Positions 1 to 9,411 of a stretch of 64,000 bases of DNA are shown here, one piece after another. Position numbers and translations under genes: made by a program. The number at the start of each line of letters is the position of its first letter. The first letter of the stretch is position 1. The notes under the pieces were generated by a model, which saw only the letters and a list, made by a program, of their open reading frames with translations, was not told where the DNA came from and made no database searches. Location: sequence record PQ898602.1; one strand, 5' to 3'.

Positions 1-1539
1 AATAAACCCCAACTAGTCAACTCTGTGAACGAGAAGGAGTGTCTAGTTGAGGTTGAGTTTTCTATTGGATCTAGAGAATATAAAGTAATTCGTGGTATCA
101 GACCAAATATTTTTGAGATCTGGGTCGATGGTAAGGTTCAGGATCAAGATGCTGCAGCCGCAGATCAACAGAAAAAACTCGAAGAGAGTATCCTGAAACT
201 TAATTACAAGTCTTTTACTCAAACTGTCATTCTGGGCTCTGCAACGTTTGTTCCCTTCATGCAGTTGACATCTTCAAACCGCAGGGACATTGTTGAAGAT
301 CTGTTGGATATTAAGATCTTTTCCACCATGAGTTCTATCCTGAAAGACAGGATGCGTAGAACTAATGAACTCATTAGGGAGTTTTCGATCAAGAAAGATA
401 TGATCGAAGACAAGATTGAGATGCAAGAGAACTTTATCAAAGATATTGAGAAGAGTGGTAGAGAACGCATCCAGAAAAAAGAATCAAATATTGAATCTCT
501 TGATGGTGAAATTGTAACTATTACCAAAGAGAATGAGTCTCTTATGACTCGTATTGATACAGAACTCAAACCCAAGTTAGAGAATCTTAACAACTCTAAG
601 AAAACTCTTAAGAAACTGAACACAATTAAAGCGAAACTGGAACAGAAGATACAAAATTTAGTATCAGAACACCAGTTTTTCCAAGAGAATTCGGTTTGCC
701 CTACCTGTACCCAGTCTATTGAGGAGCAGTTTCGCCTAGATAAAATTGTAGACATCGAGAAGAACTCAAAAGAACTCAATGACGGATACAAAGAACTTGA
801 GGATGCGATCAATGTAGAACAAGAAAAGGACCAAAAGTTTTTAACTTATTCTACGGAGATAAACAGACTCAACAATGACATTTCTACAAACAATGTTAAG
901 GTCACTGGTCTTAATAGACAAATCAGAACTCTCAGAAATGAAGTTCAAGAAATTACCAACCAAATACAGAACAGAAATTCTGAAAAGTGTGTACTTGAAG
1001 GTTTAGTCAAAGATCTTAGCAAAACTGAAGAAAGTTCAGCACAAGAACGAGAACAATCTACTTATTATGAGTTCGCTCATTCACTCATGAAGGATGGTGG
1101 AGTAAAGTCTAAAATCATCAAAAAGTATCTGCCTGTTATGAACCAGCAGATAAACAAGTATCTACAGATGATGGACTTTTACATCAACTTCACGTTGGAT
1201 GAAGAGTTTAAGGAGGTTATCAAATCACCAGTCCATGAGGACTTTAGTTATGAATCGTTCAGTGAAGGTGAGAAGATGCGTATTGACCTGGCGCTACTAT
1301 TCACTTGGCGGGATATTGCCAAGATGCGAAATTCAGCCAGTACAAATCTTCTCATCCTGGACGAGATCTTCGATAGTTCACTAGACGATGCAGGAACTGA
1401 GTTCTTCACCAAGATTATCAGATATGTGATTCAAGATGCCCACGTATTCGTAATCTCACACAAGACTGACGGAATCATTGATCAGTTCGATAAAGTCATG
1501 AGGTTCGATAAAGTCAAAGGGTTTAGTAAACTACTATAG
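1..1539 (+). CDS. gp46: Recombination endonuclease subunit gp46 (SbcC/Rad50-like ATPase), 5'-truncated by window edge
   Basis: Frame open from base 1; coiled coil with CPTC zinc hook, FSEGEKMRIDL signature, LILDEIFD Walker B, FVISH. Confidence 0.95.
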   Translation, partial: NKPQLVNSVNEKECLVEVEFSIGSREYKVIRGIRPNIFEIWVDGKVQDQDAAAADQQKKLEESILKLNYKSFTQTVILGSATFVPFMQLTSSNRRDIVEDLLDIKIFSTMSSILKDRMRRTNELIREFSIKKDMIEDKIEMQENFIKDIEKSGRERIQKKESNIESLDGEIVTITKENESLMTRIDTELKPKLENLNNSKKTLKKLNTIKAKLEQKIQNLVSEHQFFQENSVCPTCTQSIEEQFRLDKIVDIEKNSKELNDGYKELEDAINVEQEKDQKFLTYSTEINRLNNDISTNNVKVTGLNRQIRTLRNEVQEITNQIQNRNSEKCVLEGLVKDLSKTEESSAQEREQSTYYEFAHSLMKDGGVKSKIIKKYLPVMNQQINKYLQMMDFYINFTLDEEFKEVIKSPVHEDFSYESFSEGEKMRIDLALLFTWRDIAKMRNSASTNLLILDEIFDSSLDDAGTEFFTKIIRYVIQDAHVFVISHKTDGIIDQFDKVMRFDKVKGFSKLL

Positions 1540-1596
1540 ACACCTCAAGAAGTGTCACATAACCTCTGGGAGACCAGGGGTTTTGTCGTATATTGG
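1538..1596 (+). promoter_or_regulatory. Cyanophage early/middle-type promoter: GACAC-N8-GTGTC palindrome, hairpin, then TATATT -10
   Basis: gacac ctcaagaa gtgtc; aacctctgg-gaga-ccaggggtt; gtatatt; similar element at 4472-4530. Confidence 0.55.
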
Positions 1597-1616
1597 ATTC
1601 ATACGAAAGGAAGTCC

Positions 1617-3785
1617 ATGCCCGTCAACAAAGAAATCAAAGGAAACCTTGCTCGTCTTCTTGCAACCGAAGATCTGGTTGTGGAACACAAGAACGTTGCA
1701 ACTGCATCCTTCAATGTTGACACTCGCGTCTTGATCCTCCCTCAGTGGGACAGGGCTTCCAATGAAGTCTATGACATGTTGGTGGGTCACGAAGTTGGTC
1801 ATGCACTCTACACTCCGAATCAAGATATTCCCAAATCCATTCCCCACCAGTTTGTGAACGTGGTTGAGGATGCTCGTATCGAGAAACTAATGAAACGTCG
1901 GTACGGAGGTTTGAACAAAACTTTCTTCCGTGGATACACCGAACTACATGAAGAAGATTTCTTCCAAGTAAAAGACGACGATATCTCTACTTTCAATCTT
2001 GCTGATCGTGCTAACTTGTACTACAAGATTGGTAGTCTCATGGATATCCCTTTCTTCAATGTTGAAGAGAGTGTCCTGATCAAACGTATGGGTGAGACTG
2101 AGACTTTTGAGGATGTTCTCGAAGTTGCACGGGATCTCTATGAATACTGCAAACAACCCGAGAAGGAACAGGAAAAGGTTGCAACTAAACAAAACACCGA
2201 GTCCAATGCAGGTGGTGGAGAAGAACCTGATGACAAACCTGTAGATGAGACTTTGGATGAGTCCAAACCACAACAATCCCCTGTGGACAGCCACTCCCCC
2301 TCTGACAATGATGAGAATATTGATGAGGATCTACCCAGTGATCTTGGTGGAGAGACTGATGGAGAGGAACCTGAGGTTCGCACAGCAGATAATCTTGAGG
2401 ATTCGATTCGTGATCTGATTCAATCCATGGATCAACAGGAGAATATGTATCTGGAGATTCCTGAGTTGAACATGAAGACTGTCATTGCAGACAACAAGGA
2501 AGTTCATGATTACATTGATAATTGGTGGGAAGTTACCGAACGACGTATCGAAGACTATACTCACGAACAAATCTTTGGTGAGGTTGATAATGAGTTTCGT
2601 AAGTTCAAACGGGACGCACAGAAAGAAGTCAACTACATGGTAAAAGAGTTTGAGTGTCGCAAGTCTGCCGATGCATATGCTCGTGCAACTAGTAGTAGTA
2701 CTGGTACTCTTGACTGCACTAAACTTCATACCTACAAGTACAACGAAGATCTCTTCAAAAAAGTCACTACGATTAACGATGGTAAGAACCACGGATTGAT
2801 TTTCATTCTTGACTGGTCTGGTTCTATGAGTCGTGTCATGAATGACACCATCAAACAACTCTATAATCTCATCTGGTTCTGCAAGAAAGTTGCGATCCCG
2901 TTTGATGTATATGCGTTCACGAATGAATGGCTTGCGAATGATTACAACGAGTATGGTCAGTTCATTACTCTTTCCAGTCATTACGAGAAGAAACATGGAC
3001 TCCTGAGTATTCCAGATAATTTTTCATTGATGAACCTGTTCACCAGTAAGACTAATGTCAAAGTTCTGGAACAACAGATGATCAACATCTGGCGGATCTC
3101 TAAGGAGTTTGGGTATAACTATCGTCAAATGCCCATGTATACCCATCCTTGTCGTCTCAGTCTCTCTGGCACTCCTCTGAACGAGACTCTGGTTGCATTG
3201 CATCAGATCATTCCCCAGTTCCAGAAACAAAACAAGGTGCAGAAGGTTCAGTGTGTTGTGTTGACCGATGGTGAAGCTTGCCCTCTGAAGTTCCACAAAG
3301 AGTTTGTTGGTCGTGCAAAGTTCAATCCAGAAGAGGTGTATATCGGACTGAACAACATTTACCCTGGTACCTGTCTACTTCGTGATCGTAAACTTGGTAT
3401 GACCTATAAGTTTGATTATGACTTCCATTCATTCACTGATGTTCTCATCCACCATCTCCGTGATAAGTTCCCTAGTGTGAACTTCATTGGTATGCGTGTT
3501 CTTGAATCCCGTGATGCAAACTCTTTCATGCGTCGTTACTATCAGTGGGACAAGGATCTTTCTAAGTTGCAAACTTCTTGGAAGAAGAACAAGTCTTTTG
3601 TGATTCTCAACTCTGGATATCATGCCTACTTTGCACTCTCTGGTACGGATCTTTCCAAGGATATTGAGTTTGAAGTGAAAGAAGATGCAACCAAGACTCA
3701 AATCAAGTCTGCATTTTTCAAGTCTCTCAAAGGTAAGAAGATGAATAAGAAGATTCTGGGTGAGTTCATTGAGTTGGTTGCCTGA
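1617..3785 (+). CDS. CobT-like protein: N-terminal HExxH metallopeptidase-like domain plus C-terminal VWA domain
   Basis: HEVGH, NVVEDARIE, acidic linker, MIDAS DWSGSM, GTPLNE, VLTDGE; ATG at 1617 after aaggaag RBS. Confidence 0.8.
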   Translation: MPVNKEIKGNLARLLATEDLVVEHKNVATASFNVDTRVLILPQWDRASNEVYDMLVGHEVGHALYTPNQDIPKSIPHQFVNVVEDARIEKLMKRRYGGLNKTFFRGYTELHEEDFFQVKDDDISTFNLADRANLYYKIGSLMDIPFFNVEESVLIKRMGETETFEDVLEVARDLYEYCKQPEKEQEKVATKQNTESNAGGGEEPDDKPVDETLDESKPQQSPVDSHSPSDNDENIDEDLPSDLGGETDGEEPEVRTADNLEDSIRDLIQSMDQQENMYLEIPELNMKTVIADNKEVHDYIDNWWEVTERRIEDYTHEQIFGEVDNEFRKFKRDAQKEVNYMVKEFECRKSADAYARATSSSTGTLDCTKLHTYKYNEDLFKKVTTINDGKNHGLIFILDWSGSMSRVMNDTIKQLYNLIWFCKKVAIPFDVYAFTNEWLANDYNEYGQFITLSSHYEKKHGLLSIPDNFSLMNLFTSKTNVKVLEQQMINIWRISKEFGYNYRQMPMYTHPCRLSLSGTPLNETLVALHQIIPQFQKQNKVQKVQCVVLTDGEACPLKFHKEFVGRAKFNPEEVYIGLNNIYPGTCLLRDRKLGMTYKFDYDFHSFTDVLIHHLRDKFPSVNFIGMRVLESRDANSFMRRYYQWDKDLSKLQTSWKKNKSFVILNSGYHAYFALSGTDLSKDIEFEVKEDATKTQIKSAFFKSLKGKKMNKKILGEFIELVA

Positions 3786-3814
3786 TAAATATTGAGTAGC
3801 CGTTAGAACTCACC

Positions 3815-4021
3815 ATGGGAAGACTTAAGGATCTATTGGGTGGTGGTGCGCCTGCTCCCGCTGCACCTACCCCTCCAGCACCAGTTGCTGCACCAACTCC
3901 AGAAGTAGAAGCTGTTGCACCTCCTGCACCAGAAGGTGTTGTAGACATCGAAGTACCTGCGACACCAGTACCTAAAATTGTCATGGATGCTGCAGGAAAC
4001 ATCACACTCGTAGAGGAATGA
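3815..4021 (+). CDS. Pro/Ala-rich small late protein
   Basis: ORF downstream of TAAATA (3786-3791). Confidence 0.65.
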   Translation: MGRLKDLLGGGAPAPAAPTPPAPVAAPTPEVEAVAPPAPEGVVDIEVPATPVPKIVMDAAGNITLVEE

Positions 4022-4022
4022 T

Positions 4023-4472
4023 TTGATGAACGAACAGGAAACTTACGAATATCTTGTTGATTATCTTGTAGAGAATGGTTTTGCAGATCGTGAAAACGCA
4101 GACAAAATCATTCTTCACATGAGTGAAGAGTGGTATTCTGAAATCATTGAAGCCTCATGTGGTTCCTCTCCAAAAAGATATAAGGGAGGAAGTGCAGCAA
4201 AACCAGGACCCGATAAAAATCGTGTCAAACCCATGGGTGAGGAGACTGAAGATTCTCTGAGAGATCGCCGCATGGAACGTGGTGGTGTTGGTGGTAACCA
4301 ACGTTATGATCGTGCTCCAAAGGCACCCAATACCAAGAAGTTTGGTACTGGTAAGACCATGGCTCAAAAAGAGATGGAAAAGAAATATGGTAAAGGCAAG
4401 TCTGCCATGGACATTGTGAGAGCAGATATCACTGCCAAGTATGGTAAAGGCGCCATCATGGATAAAAAATAG
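4023..4472 (+). CDS. Hypothetical late protein with YLxxxGFA...MSExW..EIIE leader; putative internal head protein
   Basis: Leader homologous to N-terminus of 52749 ORF; basic Gly/Lys-rich C-terminal part. Confidence 0.7.
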   Translation: MMNEQETYEYLVDYLVENGFADRENADKIILHMSEEWYSEIIEASCGSSPKRYKGGSAAKPGPDKNRVKPMGEETEDSLRDRRMERGGVGGNQRYDRAPKAPNTKKFGTGKTMAQKEMEKKYGKGKSAMDIVRADITAKYGKGAIMDKK

Positions 4473-4530
4473 GGACACTTCCCAAAGTTGCACAGGGGGT
4501 CCTCGGACCTCCTTTTTTTATGGTTATAAT
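4472..4530 (+). promoter_or_regulatory. Hairpin/T-tract plus extended -10 promoter with upstream GACACTT..AAGT motif
   Basis: ggacacttcccaaagttgcac; gggggtcc-tc-ggacctcc-ttttttt; tggttataat at 4521-4530. Confidence 0.6.
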
Positions 4531-4552
4531 AACTTCAGTTAAAACAAAACAC

Positions 4553-5656
4553 ATGTCCATGTCTCCTGAGTACATCATCACTTCTCTCCAGAACCTCTAT
4601 GGTAGTTCTGTGAGTTCTGGTGACATCCGTGCTTGGTGTGCGATGAACGATTGCAATTATCAAACTATCACCAACAAACTGAAAGATTGTAAAGTCGGTC
4701 GTGGGAAGTGGAATCTGGAAGTAACAAAAGAGACCGTTCAGGATCTCGAAATGACTTATACTGCCCCTGCGGCAATGCCTGCTATCCAACAAAACCTTAT
4801 TCCTCAAAAAGATGATACCTTCGTCAAGTTTGGTAATTTCTCAGATATTAAAAAAATTATTGAGTCCCGTCTTTTCTATCCAACGTTCGTTACGGGTCTC
4901 TCTGGTAACGGCAAAACGTTCTCTGTTGAACAGGCGTGTGCCCAACTCAAGAGGGAACTCATCCGTGTAAACATTACTATTGAAACCGATGAAGATGATC
5001 TTATTGGTGGTTTCCGCCTTGTTAATGGTGAAACCGTCTGGCACAATGGCCCAGTCATTGAAGCACTCCAACGAGGAGCTATTCTGCTCCTTGACGAGAT
5101 CGACCTTGCCTCTAATAAAATTCTCTGTCTCCAAAGTATCCTTGAAGGAAATGGAGTCTTTCTTAAGAAAATCGGGAAGTTTGTCCAACCGAGTGCAGGT
5201 TTCAACGTCATCGCAACCGCAAACACTAAGGGTAAAGGTTCAGACGATGGACGATTCATTGGAACTAACGTGCTCAATGAAGCCTTCCTTGAACGATTCC
5301 CTGTGACTTTTGAACAGGAATATCCTACTCCTGTTCAGGAAACCAAGATTGTTTCCAACGTTGCAATGTCTCTCGGTGTTGATGATGCAGACTTCTGCAA
5401 ACGACTTGTAGATTGGGCTGACATCATCCGCAAGACTTTCTATGATGGTGGTATTGAAGAAATTATCTCTACCCGTCGTCTGGTTCACATCATCCGTGCT
5501 TATTCCATCTTCGGTGACAAAGCTAAGTCTATTGGAGTTTGTGTGAATCGTTTCGATGATGAAACCAAACAATCCTTCCTGGAACTTTACGACAAAGTTG
5601 ATGCAGATTTCGAGATGCCTTCTGAGGATTCTGTTGACGTACAGACCTTCTCTTGA
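4553..5656 (+). CDS. cobS: CobS-like MoxR-family AAA+ ATPase
   Basis: Walker A GLSGNGKT, Walker B LLLDEID, ATANTKGKG, NEAFLERF. Confidence 0.88.
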   Translation: MSMSPEYIITSLQNLYGSSVSSGDIRAWCAMNDCNYQTITNKLKDCKVGRGKWNLEVTKETVQDLEMTYTAPAAMPAIQQNLIPQKDDTFVKFGNFSDIKKIIESRLFYPTFVTGLSGNGKTFSVEQACAQLKRELIRVNITIETDEDDLIGGFRLVNGETVWHNGPVIEALQRGAILLLDEIDLASNKILCLQSILEGNGVFLKKIGKFVQPSAGFNVIATANTKGKGSDDGRFIGTNVLNEAFLERFPVTFEQEYPTPVQETKIVSNVAMSLGVDDADFCKRLVDWADIIRKTFYDGGIEEIISTRRLVHIIRAYSIFGDKAKSIGVCVNRFDDETKQSFLELYDKVDADFEMPSEDSVDVQTFS

Positions 5657-5662
5657 TATAAT
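5634..5662 (+). promoter_or_regulatory. Sigma70-type promoter
   Basis: TTGACG-N17-TATAAT. Confidence 0.8.
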
Positions 5663-5676
5663 TTGAAGAGGTAAAC

Positions 5677-6021
5677 ATGACCTTTGTTATGGATAACACG
5701 TTTGACCTTAAACTCATGAACAACGATCCAAATCGATACAAGTATAGTGAGGATTCAATTCTCAAAGAACTAACCGATTATATTTCTGGTACATATAACC
5801 AACATTATTCTGCTGGAACTGATAAGATTCAAACACTTGATCTTATCGATGCCTGTGGTGATGCTGAAGCATTCTGCAGATCCAACATCCTCAAGTACGC
5901 CTCTCGTTATGATAAGAAAGGCACTGCACGTCGTGACATCATGAAGATTATGCACTATGCTGTTCTCCTGATGCATTTCAGCGACAAATCCACCACCCGT
6001 GAAGAGTATCCCAATCGATGA
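5677..6021 (+). CDS. DUF3310-like protein (T7 gp1.7 nucleotide kinase-related)
   Basis: QHY...QTLDLI...FCRSNILKYASRYDKKG...DIMKIMHY pattern. Confidence 0.7.
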   Translation: MTFVMDNTFDLKLMNNDPNRYKYSEDSILKELTDYISGTYNQHYSAGTDKIQTLDLIDACGDAEAFCRSNILKYASRYDKKGTARRDIMKIMHYAVLLMHFSDKSTTREEYPNR

Positions 6022-6698
6022 TTCAAAACATGCAACTCTCTGAAAAGACCATCTCCCTTCTGAAGAACTTCTCAGGTATCAATCAATCTATCCTGTTCAA
6101 AGAAGGTAACAAACTCCGCACCATCAGTGTGATGAAGAACATCCTTGCAGAAGTGCAAGTTGATGAAGAATTTGAACGTGACTTTGGTATCTACGATCTG
6201 AACCAGTTCCTGAACTCCATGTCTCTGTTCAAAGATCCTCAACTGGATTTCAAGAACGAGAGTTATGTCACCATCCGTGAGGGTAATACTCGTTCTAAGT
6301 ATTTCTTCGCAGATCCTGCGGTAATCGTGACTCCTCCCGATAAGTCCATCACTCTTCCCTCTGAGGATGTTTCTTTCTCCCTGAATACTCAACAACTGGA
6401 CAAACTCCTCAAGGCTGCTGCAGTCTATGGTGTTCCTGACCTGTCTGTTGTTGGTGAAGCTGGTGTGATCAAACTGGTTGTTCGCGACAAGAAGAACGAT
6501 ACCTCCAACGACTTCAACATTGTTGTTGGTGAGACTAATGACACCTTCACCCTGAACTTTAAAGTGGAGAACATCAAAGTTCTTCCTGGTGCCTATGACG
6601 TGGTGATCTCCCGTAAACTTCTGTCACGATTCCAGTCAGAAGACAAGAATCTGACCTATTATATTGCTTTGGAACCCGATTCAACATACGATGAATGA
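6018..6698 (+). CDS. gp45: Sliding clamp gp45
   Basis: MQLSEKTISLLKNFSGINQSI; FGIYDLNQFL; YYIALE. Confidence 0.95.
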   Translation: MIQNMQLSEKTISLLKNFSGINQSILFKEGNKLRTISVMKNILAEVQVDEEFERDFGIYDLNQFLNSMSLFKDPQLDFKNESYVTIREGNTRSKYFFADPAVIVTPPDKSITLPSEDVSFSLNTQQLDKLLKAAAVYGVPDLSVVGEAGVIKLVVRDKKNDTSNDFNIVVGETNDTFTLNFKVENIKVLPGAYDVVISRKLLSRFQSEDKNLTYYIALEPDSTYDE

Positions 6699-6907
6699 CA
6701 ACATTAACTAGGATGAGGATTGCAGGCAGCGTTGGCGTTATCGTTGCCTACTTCTTTATCCTTCACGTAAACGTCCTCTGGGGTGTTATAATCAACTTCA
6801 CCGCAGATCTAATTTCAATTCCTTATTTTGCAAAGACTAAGGCATGGGACGTGGTAATCATGCTATCGTTCCTACTTACGATTAGCATCAGTAAACTAAT
6901 TTCATGA
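6695..6907 (+). CDS. Small 3-TM membrane protein (paralog of next gene)
   Basis: Hydrophobic, RIAGS...P.F..TKAWDVV..SK. Confidence 0.7.
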   Translation: MTTLTRMRIAGSVGVIVAYFFILHVNVLWGVIINFTADLISIPYFAKTKAWDVVIMLSFLLTISISKLIS

Positions 6908-7122
6908 ATGCAAATAATCTAAGGATCGTAGGAAGTGCCAGTTTGTTGATTGGTTACTTCCTTCTTCTGTATCTGGATGTTAGAATTGGATGTACATTCA
7001 GATTGGTAGGGGGATGCTTCATGCTTCCCTTTGCAATTTCGATCAAAACCTGGGATGTGGTTGGTCTTCAAACCTTCTTCGCAGTAATTGATGCATCGAA
7101 AATTATCCAACTTTCATTATGA
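6904..7122 (+). CDS. Small 3-TM membrane protein (paralog of previous gene)
   Basis: RIVGS...LPF..IKTWDVV..SK; ATGA coupling on both sides. Confidence 0.7.
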   Translation: MNANNLRIVGSASLLIGYFLLLYLDVRIGCTFRLVGGCFMLPFAISIKTWDVVGLQTFFAVIDASKIIQLSL

Positions 7123-7643
7123 ACATCTTCGTAACTGACCCTGATCCTTTGAAGTCTGCTAAGGTTCTTCCTGACAAACATATCGTCAAGATGCCACTGG
7201 AGACTTGTCAGATGCTCGCTATCGTATGCTCTGACAAATGGGGTCATGGTTTTGGCACTCTTCCCAGGGCGGATGGTACTCCCTATGCCACTGAGAAGGG
7301 TGCCTTTCGCAATCATCCATGCACTATTTGGGCAAATGCTTTTGTGAGTAACTGGAGATGGTTGCTTGCTCATGGATTTGCATTGTGCAATGAATACTCA
7401 TTGCGGTATGGTAAACCACATACCTGTTTCAATACTCTTCAGGCCGCAAATGAGATTCTTCCCTGTGTAGACTCAGAAGGTAATGGTGGTGAACCAACAC
7501 CTTTTGTATTTGCAGGACCTGACGAATTCAAGTATGATGAGTCCGTTGACATATACACGAAGTACAAGATGTATATTTCATCCAAACCTTGGGTAAAGGA
7601 TAATTACCTCCGACTTCCACAACGTAAACCTAACTGGGTTTGA
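7119..7643 (+). CDS. Pyrimidine-dimer DNA glycosylase (DenV/endonuclease V-related) family protein
   Basis: MNIF...DKHIVKMPLETCQML, HPCTIW, EYSLRYGKPH. Confidence 0.7.
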   Translation: MNIFVTDPDPLKSAKVLPDKHIVKMPLETCQMLAIVCSDKWGHGFGTLPRADGTPYATEKGAFRNHPCTIWANAFVSNWRWLLAHGFALCNEYSLRYGKPHTCFNTLQAANEILPCVDSEGNGGEPTPFVFAGPDEFKYDESVDIYTKYKMYISSKPWVKDNYLRLPQRKPNWV

Positions 7644-7649
7644 TTTATT

Positions 7650-8600
7650 ATGAACAACACTGACTTTCTTTGGGTCGAGAAATATCGTCCTCAGACCATC
7701 GAAGATTGTATTCTTCCTGACAACGCTAAAAAGATGTTTCAGGAATTTTTGAACAAAAAAGAGATTCCCAACCTTCTTCTTTCTGGTCCTCCTGGGATCG
7801 GTAAGACGACAGTTGCGAAGGCTCTCTGTAACCAACTTGGAGTAGATTACTATGTCATCAACGGATCCGATGAAGGTCGATTCCTGGACACTGTTCGGAA
7901 TCAAGCCAAAAACTTTGCATCGACCGTCTCACTTTCTGCAACTGACGCAAAACACAAAGTCATCATCATTGATGAGGCTGATAACACAACCCATGATGTT
8001 CAACTCCTACTACGGGCGAACATTGAGGCGTTTTATAACAACTGCCGATTCATCTTCACCTGTAACTACAAAAACAAGATCATCGAACCCCTCCACAGCC
8101 GATGCGCCTGTGTTGATTTTTCCATCACTGGAAAACAAAAACCCGCAATCGCTGCCAAGTTCTTCGGTCGCCTCCAAGAAATCCTGGGTGCAGAAAGTGT
8201 TGAATTTGATAACAAGGTCCTGGTAGAACTCATCAACAAACACTTCCCTGACTGGCGTCGTGTTCTGAATGAGTGTCAACGTTATTCTGCGGGTGGTAAG
8301 ATCGACTCCGCAATTCTTGCTGAATTCTCTGATGTAAATGTCAATGCACTGGTTAAAAACCTTAAGGAAAAAGATTTCTCCGAAGTTCGACGTTGGGTCG
8401 TTAATAATCTGGATAATGATCCTGGTGTACTTCTTCGTCGCGTTTATGATGCTCTTTACGAAGCCCTTGTTCCTAGCTCTATTCCTGCTGCTGTCTTGGT
8501 TATTGCTAAGTACCAATACCAAATCGCTTTTGTCGCAGATCAGGAAATCAATCTCCTCGCGGCGTTGACCGAGATTATGGTGGAGTGTGATTTCAAATGA
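7650..8600 (+). CDS. gp44: Clamp loader large subunit gp44
   Basis: LWVEKYRP, GPPGIGKT, IIIDEAD, PLHSRC. Confidence 0.95.
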   Translation: MNNTDFLWVEKYRPQTIEDCILPDNAKKMFQEFLNKKEIPNLLLSGPPGIGKTTVAKALCNQLGVDYYVINGSDEGRFLDTVRNQAKNFASTVSLSATDAKHKVIIIDEADNTTHDVQLLLRANIEAFYNNCRFIFTCNYKNKIIEPLHSRCACVDFSITGKQKPAIAAKFFGRLQEILGAESVEFDNKVLVELINKHFPDWRRVLNECQRYSAGGKIDSAILAEFSDVNVNALVKNLKEKDFSEVRRWVVNNLDNDPGVLLRRVYDALYEALVPSSIPAAVLVIAKYQYQIAFVADQEINLLAALTEIMVECDFK

Positions 8601-8851
8601 ATTTTAAAGCAAAGGTCTATGTTCGTCTGAGAGCCGCAGTTGATGATTCTGCGGGTAATGCTGTTCGTGCAGCATGTGGTAAACTTTCCGATATGACTTT
8701 CAATAAGTTGCGATTGGGTAAGTTGATTGAGATTGATTTTGAGGCAGACAATGAAGAGTATGCCAATCAAGAAGTAGAGAAACTTTGTAAACGATTTCTT
8801 GCTAACGAAGTCATTGAAGACTTTGAGTTTAAAGTTTGGAGTGCAGAATGA
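8597..8851 (+). CDS. purS: Phosphoribosylformylglycinamidine synthase subunit PurS
   Basis: V.LR..V.D..G.AV, RLGKLIEI, LC...LAN.VIEDF. Confidence 0.85.
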   Translation: MNFKAKVYVRLRAAVDDSAGNAVRAACGKLSDMTFNKLRLGKLIEIDFEADNEEYANQEVEKLCKRFLANEVIEDFEFKVWSAE

Positions 8852-9411
8852 TTCCAACTACACATTGGATTCGATTTACTGAATATCATAAACTCGCAGA
8901 TCTTGTTGGTATGCGTGGTGCAGTCTACGGATTTGTTTGGAGTGATATGAAACCATCTTCAACTGATTCTCCTTCTGATTTGGCGGAATGTGTCTACATT
9001 GGAGAGTCTGGTGGATTTTATTATGACAAACAAAATGGTCACAAAGGAAAGTTGAGAAGTCACCTACATAAGAGGATGACAATGCATCACAAACCACTGA
9101 CCACTGGAGAGTGTCCTGAAAGGAAATATGAACTCTTCAAAGAGAAGTATGGTTTTGGTGATGATGTTCTCAATGGAACTTTGACTGGTACACCACTTTG
9201 GGTTGGATTTATTACTCCACCGAAAGAAGATCCAGACCATTGTCTAAAATCCTGGTTGATCTCTAGAGAACACTACGAGATTTATCAGTACCAACGCAAG
9301 TTTGGTCGTTCTCCCCTGATGAATATGCAGGTTGACGGAAGGGGTAAAGATCCCGATTCATATTCAAGTGAAATTATGCAAAATTATGGTGCATTGGAGG
9401 CATTTCTATGA
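8848..9411 (+). CDS. Hypothetical protein with GIY-YIG-like motif
   Basis: GAVYGF...VYIGES, R...H, E..YQ...P.MN. Confidence 0.5.
   Translation: MIPTTHWIRFTEYHKLADLVGMRGAVYGFVWSDMKPSSTDSPSDLAECVYIGESGGFYYDKQNGHKGKLRSHLHKRMTMHHKPLTTGECPERKYELFKEKYGFGDDVLNGTLTGTPLWVGFITPPKEDPDHCLKSWLISREHYEIYQYQRKFGRSPLMNMQVDGRGKDPDSYSSEIMQNYGALEAFL

Noticed and set aside
1617-5656. Cobalamin biosynthesis (cobaltochelatase CobST)
   Set aside because: No cobN or other cob genes in the window; the motifs support only a generic MoxR AAA+/VWA pair
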